Assembly: GCF_000315625.1 (NCBI RefSeq)
Contig: NW_005434601.1
Span: 330,936-394,935, forward strand
DNA: 64,000 bases
Origin: Guillardia theta CCMP2712
Taxonomy: Eukaryota > Protista > Cryptophyta
Reading direction: 5' to 3'
Of this stretch, positions 23,237 through 34,212 are shown piece by piece. Numbering within the stretch: position 1 is the first letter of the stretch; each line of letters starts with the position of its first letter. The translations under genes and the position numbers were made by a program. The notes under the pieces were generated by a model. That model searched no databases. It was not told the origin of the DNA and saw only the letters and a list, made by a program, of their open reading frames with translations.

Positions 23237-25676
23237 ATGGCTGTTGCCATGGCATCAGACAGGGTATCAGATGGCATGGCGTTGTTCGAGGACGTCGCAA
23301 TGCCGGCGAGGGGAAACGAGCTGAGCAGCAGCCTGAGGTGAGAGAGAGAGGAGGAGAGAGGAGGAGAGAGGAGGAGAGAGGAGGAGAGAAGATTCTATGA
23401 GGGGAGGGATCGTGTTGAAAAGGAGAAGGGAGGGGATGGGATGGGATGGGATGGGAGTATAGGAGGGCAGGGAGAAGGAGTAGGTCATATCAAATTCTCT
23501 TCTTCCAGCATTCTTGGCGACTTCCTGGCGTTCGCTCCCAAGGGATCAACCTCGATGGTGGTCATGGCCATGAGACAGCAAGGGTCGGGGCAAGAAGGTG
23601 TTGGGGTGAGGAACAAGACATCCATCCAGTGCCAGTGGTCTCTTGCGCTTGCCCGGGTATCTGCCCTGACACTGAGCAGGAGCATCTCGAGCTTCTGCTG
23701 GTCAACATGGCAAGCAGCTGCGGTGCTGCTGGACAGCGGAGCAGGAGGGATACGCGTGTGGAGAGTAACGCTGGAAGGGTAGAGGAGCCGTTGACCGGCA
23801 GAATGAAAGTGAGAAGCTGGTGGCAGAGAGGAGCTGCTGATTCAGTCTGTCGCTTTCTTCGACCCATGCTCATTTCACTTCGATTCACCTCCTACCCCGG
23901 CAGCTCCTCCTTCCTTCGTCTTCCACGAGCTCTCCGCCTCTCAGGTCTGCGCTCTTCGCCTCTCCCTCCTCGTTGCCCTGCTCACTCGTCTTGCAAGGCA
24001 GCTGAGCCGCTGGTGTGTGCGAGTGTGAGCGAGAGGAAGGGAGGGGCGACTCGAGAGTTCGTGCTGCTGCTGGCGATGGAGGCGAAGGAGGCGAAGGAGG
24101 AAAGCGGAGAGATGAGCCTCGAGGTTGGTCTAGCCGGCAGAAGCAGCAGCTGACCTGAAGCAGGTGCGGCATTGTCTGCGGGAGGACTTCGGCTTCCGGG
24201 GATGCAGAGGTGAAGGAGGACGAGAAATCTCCTCCCGTGACTTTATCGCGCAGACTCCATCGCCTGGTGCCAAGGAAGCCAAGGCACTCGCTCCCTCTGT
24301 GTGATAGGACGAGCAGGCAACCCCCCCTCCTTGACCTTGTCATCCTCGTCCTCGATCTCGATTTCTCAGACTTTGAGCGATTCTTGGACGTGCAGGCCTC
24401 TTCGTGTTTCATCTGCCTGCTGCTCTGCGAGGGTCTGGGGCTGTCTCGTCCTCTCGCGTCGCTCTCGCCAGCTCCCCGCGAGCCATCAGGAGTGTCTGCC
24501 TGCCTCGAGCGGGAGGAGGAGCGAGGGAGGAGCAGCACGTCATCGCGTTGACGCTTGACGCTCCCGTGGTGACGAGCGACAAGTTGGACGCGAAGGATCT
24601 CAAGGCAAGAGGGGACGAGGAGCAGCACAAGACGCGAGGAGGACCGACGAGCTGCGAGGAAACAAGCAGCAGAGCCGTTGGAAGAGGAAGAGAGTTGGAA
24701 GAAGAAGGAGAAGAGGAGGGGGAGGGAGAAGAAAGCGGGCTCATCGATCTCCGTGGGACATTTTCATCGACAGGAGCAGGCGCATCTCTGCTTCTCTCTG
24801 TGTTGGGATCGTCAGACGAGGTAGGGAAGCGAAGAGTCGGATGCTGAGAGAGTGAAGGAAGCAGCAGGTCGAGGAGGAGGCGGGGAGAGCAGTGAGGGGA
24901 CAGCTGGTCCTTTACGAGGTCTCGAGCCCGGGGGCAGGAGCAACGGAAACAGCACGAGAGATGGCGAGAGAGAACCTGGAGGCCTCCATGCCCGACCTGC
25001 TCTTGTGCTGGACCCAAGGCAAGCGCTCCCTCTTCCTCCCTCTCCCTGACTTGCTGTAGATGCCTCCGTCAGCATCATTGTCGGGAGCAGTGCAAGCAGA
25101 GAGGCTCCGGTGCTTCTCGCCTGCGGGGCTTCGCTCTCTTCCTCCTGCTGGTCGGAGCGCAGGGAGCTGAAGAGCCTCCAGCTGGTGTCCTGCATCCTTC
25201 AGGTCGCGTCTCTTCTCACCCATAGCAGGAGGATGCAACCTCCCTCCTCCGCGGCCTCGCCCTCGTCCCTCCTACTCCCTCTCGCTCAGACGACATGCTC
25301 GTCCTGCATGCTAGGAGGACAAAGTCCTCTGCGTTCTTCTCCTCTGACAGCAGGTCCTGCAGTCTTCCCCTCCCTCCTCCCAGCTTCTGACTGCTGCTCA
25401 GATTCTCCGTCTTCCTTCACAGAGCAGCGTTGAGAGAACCTCCTGCCCTCCCCGGAGTTGGCGAGGAGGCGGATGCGATGACGGTGATGGCGTCACCTTT
25501 CTTCTCCTCTCATCTGCTCGCAGGAGCTTCGGAGGCACCTGGACGCGCGGCTCGACCACATCGTCTTCCTCCTCCAGCGACAGGAAGGTGACTGCTTCCT
25601 CCTGCGAGGGCTGAGGGGAGGGAGCAGGAGGAGCGGCTTCAGAGGCTGGAGGAGGCTGCTGGGGCTCGAAAATAAA
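23237..25676 (+). CDS. Hypothetical multi-exon protein; N-terminus possibly beta-propeller-like, C-terminal coiled coil
   Basis: ATG downstream of a C-run-rich block; terminal exons ELRRHLDARLDHIVFLLQRQE/EERLQRLEEAAGARK*; internal structure uncertain. Confidence 0.4.
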
Positions 25677-25679
25677 CTT

Positions 25680-26098
25680 TCAACTCGAGAGAACTTCCAC
25701 CTCCTCCAGCTCCAGCACACAGCTGGTCTGCAGCTTCCTGACCTTCTCCTCCAGCTGACCCCCGTGCCAGCGGAGGGAGCGAGACGAGTCGATGGGAGCG
25801 AGGAAGAGAGCCTGCAGGTCGAGGGGACGAGCCAAGTCAAGCTCCAGGGGGCTGGCGGAGGAGGGGGGGGGAAGAGCCCGGCAGATGTCATCATCGCTCC
25901 CTTCCTCCACCTGCCCTCGAACTTGGAAGTCGATCGGTTCCCAGCTGAAATCCTGCTGGAGTGTCGTGTTGAAGAGGGTTGAGGAGTAGAAGAGGCAGAG
26001 CTTCGCATCCTTCCACCTCCCATGCATTCTCATCCTCCCCACCCTCGCCGCCGCTCTTCCGCTCCGCACTAAAATGAGGATTGAAGAAGAAGAAGGCA

Positions 26099-26164
<66 letters not shown>

Positions 26165-29100
26165 TACTAGGAGGAGGAGAAGAAGACAACGATGATGAAG
26201 ATGATGAAGTAGTAGAACAAGAAGGAGGGGGAGGTGGAGAAGAATCAGAAGCAGAAGCAGTAGAAGTAGTAGAAGAAGGTGACAATGTCGATGCTGCTGC
26301 TGACGAAGAAGAAGAATGAGATGAAGATGACGACGATGATGATGAAGAAGATGATGAAGAAGATGATGATAATGATGAAGATGATGATGAGGAAGGTGAC
26401 GGTGACAGCGAGGCTGAGATGGAGGAGGAAGAGCCTCCGACTTTCATCGTCTTCCCGTCAATCCTCCCGTCAAGGAGGAGAGGAGGCACTGGCATCTTGT
26501 CTTCTGCGAGCAGCAGTAGCCCTCCATTCACCGCTGCTCCCACGTTGTTTTCGCTCAGGTCCACCAGCCGATGCCCCAGCTGGAGGCTCACGAGCCTGCG
26601 CACGTACCCGAGGGCGCACTGCATGCGGACCATCCTCGAGGAGCGGAGGTGACGCCTGCTGGAGGAGGAGATGAAGCTCCGCTGCTCGTCCCATCCTGAA
26701 GACTTGCGGATGTGCAGGAATACGCCGGAGATGAGGTCGGGGAGACCTGCTGGGCATCGGTCGCTGCCTCCTGGTTGCTGGAGATCACACGCGCCGAGCT
26801 CGTTGAAGCAAGCGTCCGAGGAGTAGTTGTGCTGCAGGTAGCAGACGACAAGCTTTCCTTCCCTCTCCTCCTCCTCCCACAGCTCGTCCACGCCTGACGA
26901 CCACCAGGGCTTGGCAGAGTAAGGATACTCCAGTATGCGGAAGTGCGGGATGGTCTCGATAAGGCGGAGAAAGTAGAGGACGAGGCTGCCGCCGGAGTCG
27001 TGAAGGACCTCGTTGACTGCGACGGGAGCCAAGCTCAACGTGTGCTTCATGGGCATGCGGGGGAGGTCGAGGAGTAGCACGCCGACGTGAAGGTAGAGGT
27101 AGAGCGAGTCCGAGTCCTTGACGCCTCCTGCCACCTGCGCGAAGCCTGTGATGTCACAGGGATGGGGATGGGGTGACGAGCGAGGGGAGAAGATGCCGCA
27201 GGAGGCGTCACCGTCACAGTGGAAGCGGAAGACTGAGAAGGGGCGGATGAGGAAGACGTCCGGGTCGAGGATGAGGAGGACGTCGTCTGCGAACTCCTTG
27301 AAGATCACAGAATGCAGCAACCACTGCAGCGCGAGCATGTGGCCGTAAGACGGACGTTCGCTCAGCTCGAATTCCTCCTCCTCGTCGCTCAGAGGCGTCC
27401 GATGGCACTGCACCCGCAGGTCTGCGCAGCGGAGGAGGAAGCGAGTGCGGAGCTCGGGAGTCGGGGAGTCGACGGCAGCGACGAAGACGTGCGGATGCAG
27501 GAGGAAGGCGTTGAGGCTTTCGACCTGCAGCTCAAGGTACTCGAGGCTAGAGTAGAGGACGGTAGCCACCACCACCCTCCTCTCTCCCGGCCTCTCCCCA
27601 CTGCTACTGTCAGATCCTGCTTCTCCTTCCCATGGCGTAGGAGGACCAGGAGCGGTGGCTCCAAGGTCTTCCTTCCCAACCTCCTCAACGTGCCTCCTCC
27701 ATGCAGATCGCAGCTTGTCGAGATCCTCCTCTTGCTCGCGCTGTCTGCCAGCATCTTCCGCTGCTCGTTCAGCAGCTGCATGCTCCCCCGACAGGAAGGC
27801 ACCAACGTCGGTCCTGTGCTCTCCCTTGTGGTTGGTGTGCAGGGGAAACCTGGGGAAGGGAAGGAGGAAGGCGTTGGAGCAGCGACTTCGGGCATGAAAG
27901 TGACTGCCGATGCTGCTCAGCCCAACATTGTCCTCCATCTCCTGCACGTCTCCGACCTCTACGGCAATCGGTGCTCGTCCTGTCTCCTTCGCCACCAAGA
28001 AGTTGAGGAGGATATCCTCGCAGCTCCCGTACGCGTCCACCACTCGCCTCCCCTCCGCCATCTCCCCCACTCCCTCCTCCTCGCTGTACTTCACCAGCCA
28101 CCCCCTGTGGAAGAGCGCGAAGCCGGTGAGGATAAGGTTGTAGTAGCCGGGCCAACCCCCCGTGACGTAGGTCAGCTCAGCACAGCTCGCGTCCTTGCAC
28201 GCCAGACTTCGCGTTGTCAGCCACATGGGGCCCACGAGAGTTTCGGGGAAGGAGCACCAGACCTCCAGCAGCTTCTTCAGCTGCTCCTCCTCTGGCCTGA
28301 AGTCGTCATCCATGCTCACCACCGCCTCTGTCCTGATCTGCTCCCAAGGGAGGAAGCGATGGTTCAGCGAAGACTTGCTTGCTCCCCTATCTGAAGGATC
28401 GACCACTACCACCTTGTCTCCTTTCAAGCCCCCCCCACAAGCCTCTGCCTTCATGATCAGCGAGGCAATGGAGCTGTTCTTGGACCACATTTTGTTGTTC
28501 CAGAGGATGAGAACGCGGTCGACGATGTCCATCCCCACCAGCTGCCGCACCGTCTGCAGAGAGAAGCAAGCTCGCGGCTTCCAGAAGACAGGCATCACCA
28601 CCGTCAGCTTCCCCTCGCAGTGGCTGCCCCATGTTGACGCAAGCACCGATCCATTGCTCCCTGACTCCCCTTGCTCCCTCCTCTCGATGCAGGGCACGTG
28701 CGGGCAATCGTGCTCCTCCTCCCCGTCCTGCTGAGGGTCAACCTCGACGAGCGTGTAGGTGAAGGAGCCGATGCTCTCGTCTGCTACCCGGAGCTTCACG
28801 AGGAACGTCGATGCTTCAGGCAGACTTCTTGTCCTCCATGGTGCGAACTGAAGAGCGAGCAGCAGCGCTGGTCGGGACTCGCCCCGCAGCTGTTCGATGC
28901 GCTGAGGGAAGAAGAAGGCAGGAGGGGTGGAAGGAGAGGGCACAGGAAGCCACTCGGAGGGGCAGGAGAAGGACAAGCGCGCGATCTCATGCAGGAGTAG
29001 GTAGGTAGAGAAGTGAAGGTCCGCCAAGCCCGACCGGAAGGCTTCGAGCAGGCGGAGGAGAACGTTGGGTTCAGTGAGACTTGAATGGAAGCTAAGGCTT

Positions 29101-29600
29101 CCCACCTGCAGCACATCCACCCACACGTCAAACTCATGGGGCTGCTCCGAGCTCGTCGGGAACGAGATCATGGCGTTGCTCAAACTGCGCGTCCTCGTTA
29201 TCGCATGCTTGTTCCACACAAACCCACGAGCTCCCACAACTGCTCGCCGTCCTATCGCATCGACCTGATTCTTTGCGACAGAGATCCAGTCGGCAGCATA
29301 CGTGAGCGTGTCCTCGAGTACAACAATGTAGTGCTCGTCAAAGGAGCAGCGCTCGAGTTCATACTTTCTTGTGATGACGCGAACCCTCTGCTCCTGAGTT
29401 TGCTCTTCCAGGAGCTGCTTATCAGCTTCATGAGCAAACACCAGGATCGACTGAACGTCGTCAGTGAAGTCAATGGAATGGAGGAGGTTCAGCTCCCTCT
29501 CTCCTCTCTGATGCAAGATAACGACAAGCGTGTCGGCCTGCTTGCCCGCGACTACAGGAAGGAACACCAGGAGAGCAGCGATGAGGACAGGAAGGGACAT
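25680..29600 (-). CDS. Secretory-pathway multi-domain glycosyltransferase containing a GT64 (EXTL-like alpha-1,4-HexNAc transferase) domain
   Basis: N-terminal signal peptide; GT64 motifs SLNHRFLP, IRTEAVVSMDDD, YNLILTGFALFH, CEDILLNFLVA, HFHARSRC; second DxD module LLILDPDVFLIRPF. Confidence 0.85.
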
Positions 29601-29630
29601 GATGGGGGAGTATCTTTAAGGGAAGATTCA

Positions 29631-29666
<36 letters not shown>

Positions 29667-29978
29667 CCTGCTATTATACCTGCATCCTTTCGCTCCCTAG
29701 CAACCCTTCATTCTTTCGCTGCCTGAAAAATGTTTACTCATCTGATCGATCAATACCATTTCAAGCTCGCCTCATCATAGAGTCAATCTTTTTGAAAGGC
29801 AGCAAAATAATCTTATCGAGTTCTACTATCCAACACGGAAACAGACTTTTAGCTCTAGCTTTTATTTTAACTACCCACCCCAATCAACTCAATCACCCCT
29901 TTTTCCGACGAGATCTGATGGGGTAGTGGCGATAAGCCCACCGGTACCCTCACCATCGACCTCTGTTCACGCGCAAGT

Positions 29979-30882
29979 ATGGCGAGGATCCTTATGGTCG
30001 TAGCGGCCATGTGCATGCTGGGGGCTCTTGGGGCCGCAGAGGCCCTCGCTCCTCCTCTCACTCTGACGTCTTCCCCCTCTCTCCTCGCCCCTCGCCTCCT
30101 TCCCCTGTCCTCAGACTCCCTGCTTTCCGCTCTTGAGCAGGCCAAGCATGCCGGATTCAACCATGGCGCGATCCTCGCACTGCGGGTGAGAATGCAGGGC
30201 CCCGTGCTTCCTGAAGGCTCATGACGCATGGGAACTACAGGGAGGCAACGATGACGAGGATGGCGACTTGTTTGCTGATGGAGACGAAGAAACCACCGCT
30301 GCAGCAGAAGAGTTGAAGAAGAAAGCTGAAGCGGCCAAGGCAAAGTCATCAGGAGGACGAGGACCAGCGAAGACTGCGGTGGTGATAGACGTCAAAGGTT
30401 AATCTACTCATAGAAGTCACGATTCTGATCAACATACCAGGTCTTGATGAGAATACCGACTTTCAGGAGGTGGAGAAGTCTGCGCGAGAGGTCAGTTTCT
30501 TTGAATGTTTGATGTGCGACCATGCGAGGCAATGAGCGAGTGGCTGTCGTTCAGATCAAAATGGAAGGATTGCTGTGGGGTGAAAGCCACTTGGTCTCCA
30601 TCGGGTTCCGTTGCCTTCCCTCACATCTCATCGTTTCTTACCATCGAGCAGGTACGGCCTCCAGAAGCTGCGGATCACAGTGGTAGTGGAAGACGACAAG
30701 GTGCAGTCAAAGCGTGAAGCCTTGAAGTAATGTGAAACTTTTCCTGCAGGTCAGCATCGATGACTTGGAGGAAACACTTGGCGAAATCTCCGGAGTCCAG
30801 GTGAAGATATGCGACCCATGCAGACAGCAAGTAACCACGTATTTATTAGAGTGTTGACATCGTCTCCATGAACAAGATTTGA
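29979..30882 (+). CDS. EF1B: Translation elongation factor 1-beta/delta (GEF domain) with an N-terminal bipartite targeting presequence
   Basis: Spliced: DDEDGDLFAD...[67 protein letters not shown]...VQSVDIVSMNKI*, preceded by a signal peptide and ...LALR/GG. Confidence 0.9.
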
Positions 30883-30942
30883 TTCTTAGAGCTTAGAATA
30901 TCACAAGAATGAATTCGAGCGCCCGTCAGCCTTTCTTCTCCC

Positions 30943-31663
30943 TCACCACGAGCACTGAAAGCCGAAAGCAAGTGACAGCGCAGGCACTACACAGGTGGCG
31001 GCTGACCCGAAGAGGATGGCGACCTGCGAAGAGCCGATGAGCACAATCGCTCAAGATGTGTGGGAGTAGCTTACAGGAGCAGCAACGATAAGAATGAGAT
31101 AGAAGATCGGATCCTCAAGAAGATTCATTGTTTGCGCGGTCTCGTCCTTCCTTTCCAGGGACCCGTTCAATGGCTGTGAACCTTTGTTATTTTCGCACAC
31201 AGCAGCACACTGGCAGAAAACGATTACATTCAAAGTTCTCCCAAACACCGAGCGCTTCTGCTCCTGGGTTTTATACCACTCGTTGCTCTCTTCCTCGATA
31301 CCCCATCGTGATCCTCGTTGCGGAACCTTGCTTGGCTTCGATTTTGGCGAGAGAGGATCGCCTCCAACTCGTGATCTGTGATCAAACAACATCATGTATG
31401 ACTCAAAATCAAGAGGAAACGTACTCTCTGTCTGCTGAAGTCGTTCGTTCAAACCAGTTCTTGTCTACACCCACGGCAGTGGAGGGCACGTCGGTATCGA
31501 CCAACGCGTCTTCCTCTGTCTTCCTCGCTTTTAGAATCAGGCAGCCCTGCCTGACCGAAGAGCAGGTTGAAGGAAGCTGCGCGCGCAAGGGAAGAGAGGA
31601 GGAGAAGGTGAAGGCATGCGCATGAGCTGCCAGCATGCACACGACGACCGCCCTGGCAGCCAT
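30943..31663 (-). CDS. Putative plastid-targeted protein with C-terminal membrane segment(s)
   Basis: MAARAVVVCMLAAHAHA-FTFSSSLPLR: signal peptide plus Phe at +1 plus a Ser/Arg-rich transit peptide; hydrophobic C-terminus PIFYLILIVAAP... Confidence 0.65.
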
Positions 31664-32170
31664 GAGGCCGGGTAAAGGGATGCAGGTCGGGGGGCGTGTC
31701 ATCCACTCCGCCTCAGAGCGACACTGAGGCGCACTCAGCACTCACTCAGTGCCAGACTCAGGCTCAGTGTAGGTCCGCGTCGCCGGCCCCAAAGCCATGA
31801 TGTTCACCAATGCCATGAAGATGATTGCTGAAACTGAGTCCAGAATACATCATCTCTCTAGCAGTTTCAAGTGAAACTTCGCTCAGCCGTCACTTCCCGA
31901 GTCCCATTGCTGCAAGCACTCGGATCCGATCCGAAATCACGGTTCGCGTTGACAAGTTTCGCAACTATCATCTTGCGGTCCGGGTCGTGGTGTGCAGGCT
32001 GCGAGAGTGTAGGAAAGCGATTGGTGTCAAACGATGAGGAGTAGTAAGAGGACAGGTGAAAGAACAAAGCGATGGCAAGTTTGATGTTGGGATCAGATTG
32101 CTTCAGGGAAACTTGTACACGAAGCATCAGATGAAGTTGACGAGCTTCATTGGATCGAGTTGGTCAAGAT

Positions 32171-33527
32171 TCAACGGGCCTCGCAGCTTTGGGTTGTCAG
32201 CAGGGTAGCCTGACATTCACCAACCGCGTTCCCGACTGAGTCCCGGCGGTGGGCACCTCCTGCAACCGAGGCAGCCCCGCCGAGAACTTCATGACGCCAA
32301 GTGAAATCAAGAAGTGAAATTCTCTGGCCTGGCTCACTGGGCTCAGCTCGGCATTGCCGCCGCCTTGAAGTCAGTTCTTCATCGACTTTTGAGTGCTCAA
32401 CAGTCCGAGAATCTGCCAAAGAAAGCACAGTCACGGTGATCATGAAGAGCCCGTTCATCTGACCTGCAAGAGAGCATCATATTCTTCCTTCTTCAACCTT
32501 TCTGCATCAAGAATCATCTTTTTGCCTTCAACCTGATAGGTTGGCCGTCAGCGGACATAAAATCAAATCAAGCAAGATTTCTACTTCAATGAAGAATGTT
32601 CGAATGTTCCGAAGCTGTTACACAAGAGTCACAGATGGAAAGTGATTCTGTTGTGCATACATCGGGAGGAGGAGTGTCAACACCCTTTGTGAAGAAACTT
32701 TTCATCAACGCAGGTTTGATGGCGGATGTATCTGCCTCGATCTTCTTGTCCGCAAGGAAGAAAGGGGTGTGTATCTTCACCTAAACCATCAACTTCACAT
32801 CAGCCAACTTGTGAGGGTCTGCTTGGCTATCTTGATGACCTTCTTTGTGTTCAACATGGCGACTACTTTGGAAATGTATCGATCTTGAAGCATGAGCGAG
32901 CTCCAGAATGCAAACCCGGAGAAGGCAAGAAGCCCTCCTCCGAACGCCAGCCTGTGTTGCAGGTCACACTTGCGCGCAGTCAGGCAAGAAAGCACTTAGT
33001 GAGTTCTCCAGTGAAGATAACCTGATCGCTGTAAAACATGCAAAATGACAAGGTGACCGCAAGCTGAATAGAAGTGAAGCATACTATTGCTCTGACAATG
33101 CATCAGTGTTCATCATGATCAAGAGCCAGCCCGTAACTCACCTGGGAAAGAATGCATGCGGCATGTCAATCTCCGTAGCTTCTACAAGGAATCTGTTCAT
33201 GATAGGCTTCTCTGCTCGTGGTCTTGTGAAGTAGCTCACGGTTTTTTTGGTTGCATCATTTTCTTTGTTTGCTGTTGACAGATGTCTCCTTGTCGGAATC
33301 TCAAGGGGTGCAGTTTCTCGCCCGCACATAGCAGCACAATTACGTGACAACAGGGTTGAAAATAGTCGAGGAACAATTGAACTCTGGTATTTTCCTCCAA
33401 ACCAGACGCTGGATGAAGGCCTTGATATCCCGATTGCTGGGGACGGTCGACTCCGTAGAGCAGAACAAGCTCGTGCATGGCCTAGCAAGATCGCAGAGGC
33501 CGACTGAGGGCATACAGTATTGATCAT
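32171..33527 (-). CDS. Putative mitochondrial inner-membrane protein (TMEM223/TMEM70-like, tentative)
   Basis: Arg/Ser-rich presequence ending RRHLST; two TM segments (IQLAVTLSFCMF; LAFGGGLLAFSGFAFW), then RYISKV...KIHTPF; 3' end uncertain. Confidence 0.45.
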
Positions 33528-34212
33528 GATGGCTCCTCCTCCCCCCCATCCTCTTCCCCCCCCCCCCCTCCATCCTCCTCGGAGCACCACCTGGATCCTG
33601 ATCCACGACGCCATTCCACGACCGTTATGGCAAAACCACATGTAACGGTTACACTTCCCGTCGACATTGAAACCGTCGACAGAAAAATGTAACCGTCATG
33701 GAGGCAGAGGGGGAGGACCAGGTGGCTGCAGGTGCGATTCTGAAAAAGAGTCTTTTCACTGGATAATGGATCTTGGATACAATTAGGGCAGGGACTGACC
33801 AGAAATCGCAACCTTTGGTTGTGTCACGTGAGAGATGCTTCTAAAAATACCATCCGATGACAATACCAAGTTATCGAAAACACTCTTTTTCACTGTAGCC
33901 TTTTTATTCAAAATAAGGTGGGGTGGGTGGGACAAAATCGAAACTGAACTGCGCGCCTGCGAGGGGTGGGTGAGATCATAGTGATAAAGAGTAATTTAGG
34001 GGGTGGGGGTAGGTACCCCACCATTCAGATCCGTTTTCTTGACACAGAAGCGGAAGCGAGTAGGGGGAAGCGATTGCGAGGTGAAGGTAGAGCAGCTCGA
34101 GGAGAAGAGCACGTAATGATCTGCCCCTGATAGAGCGAGCAAGTAAAGCTCCAAGTCCTGCTCGGCTTGCTTTCACACTCATAGCCCTGTTTCCTTCATT
34201 CGGTGAACAACA

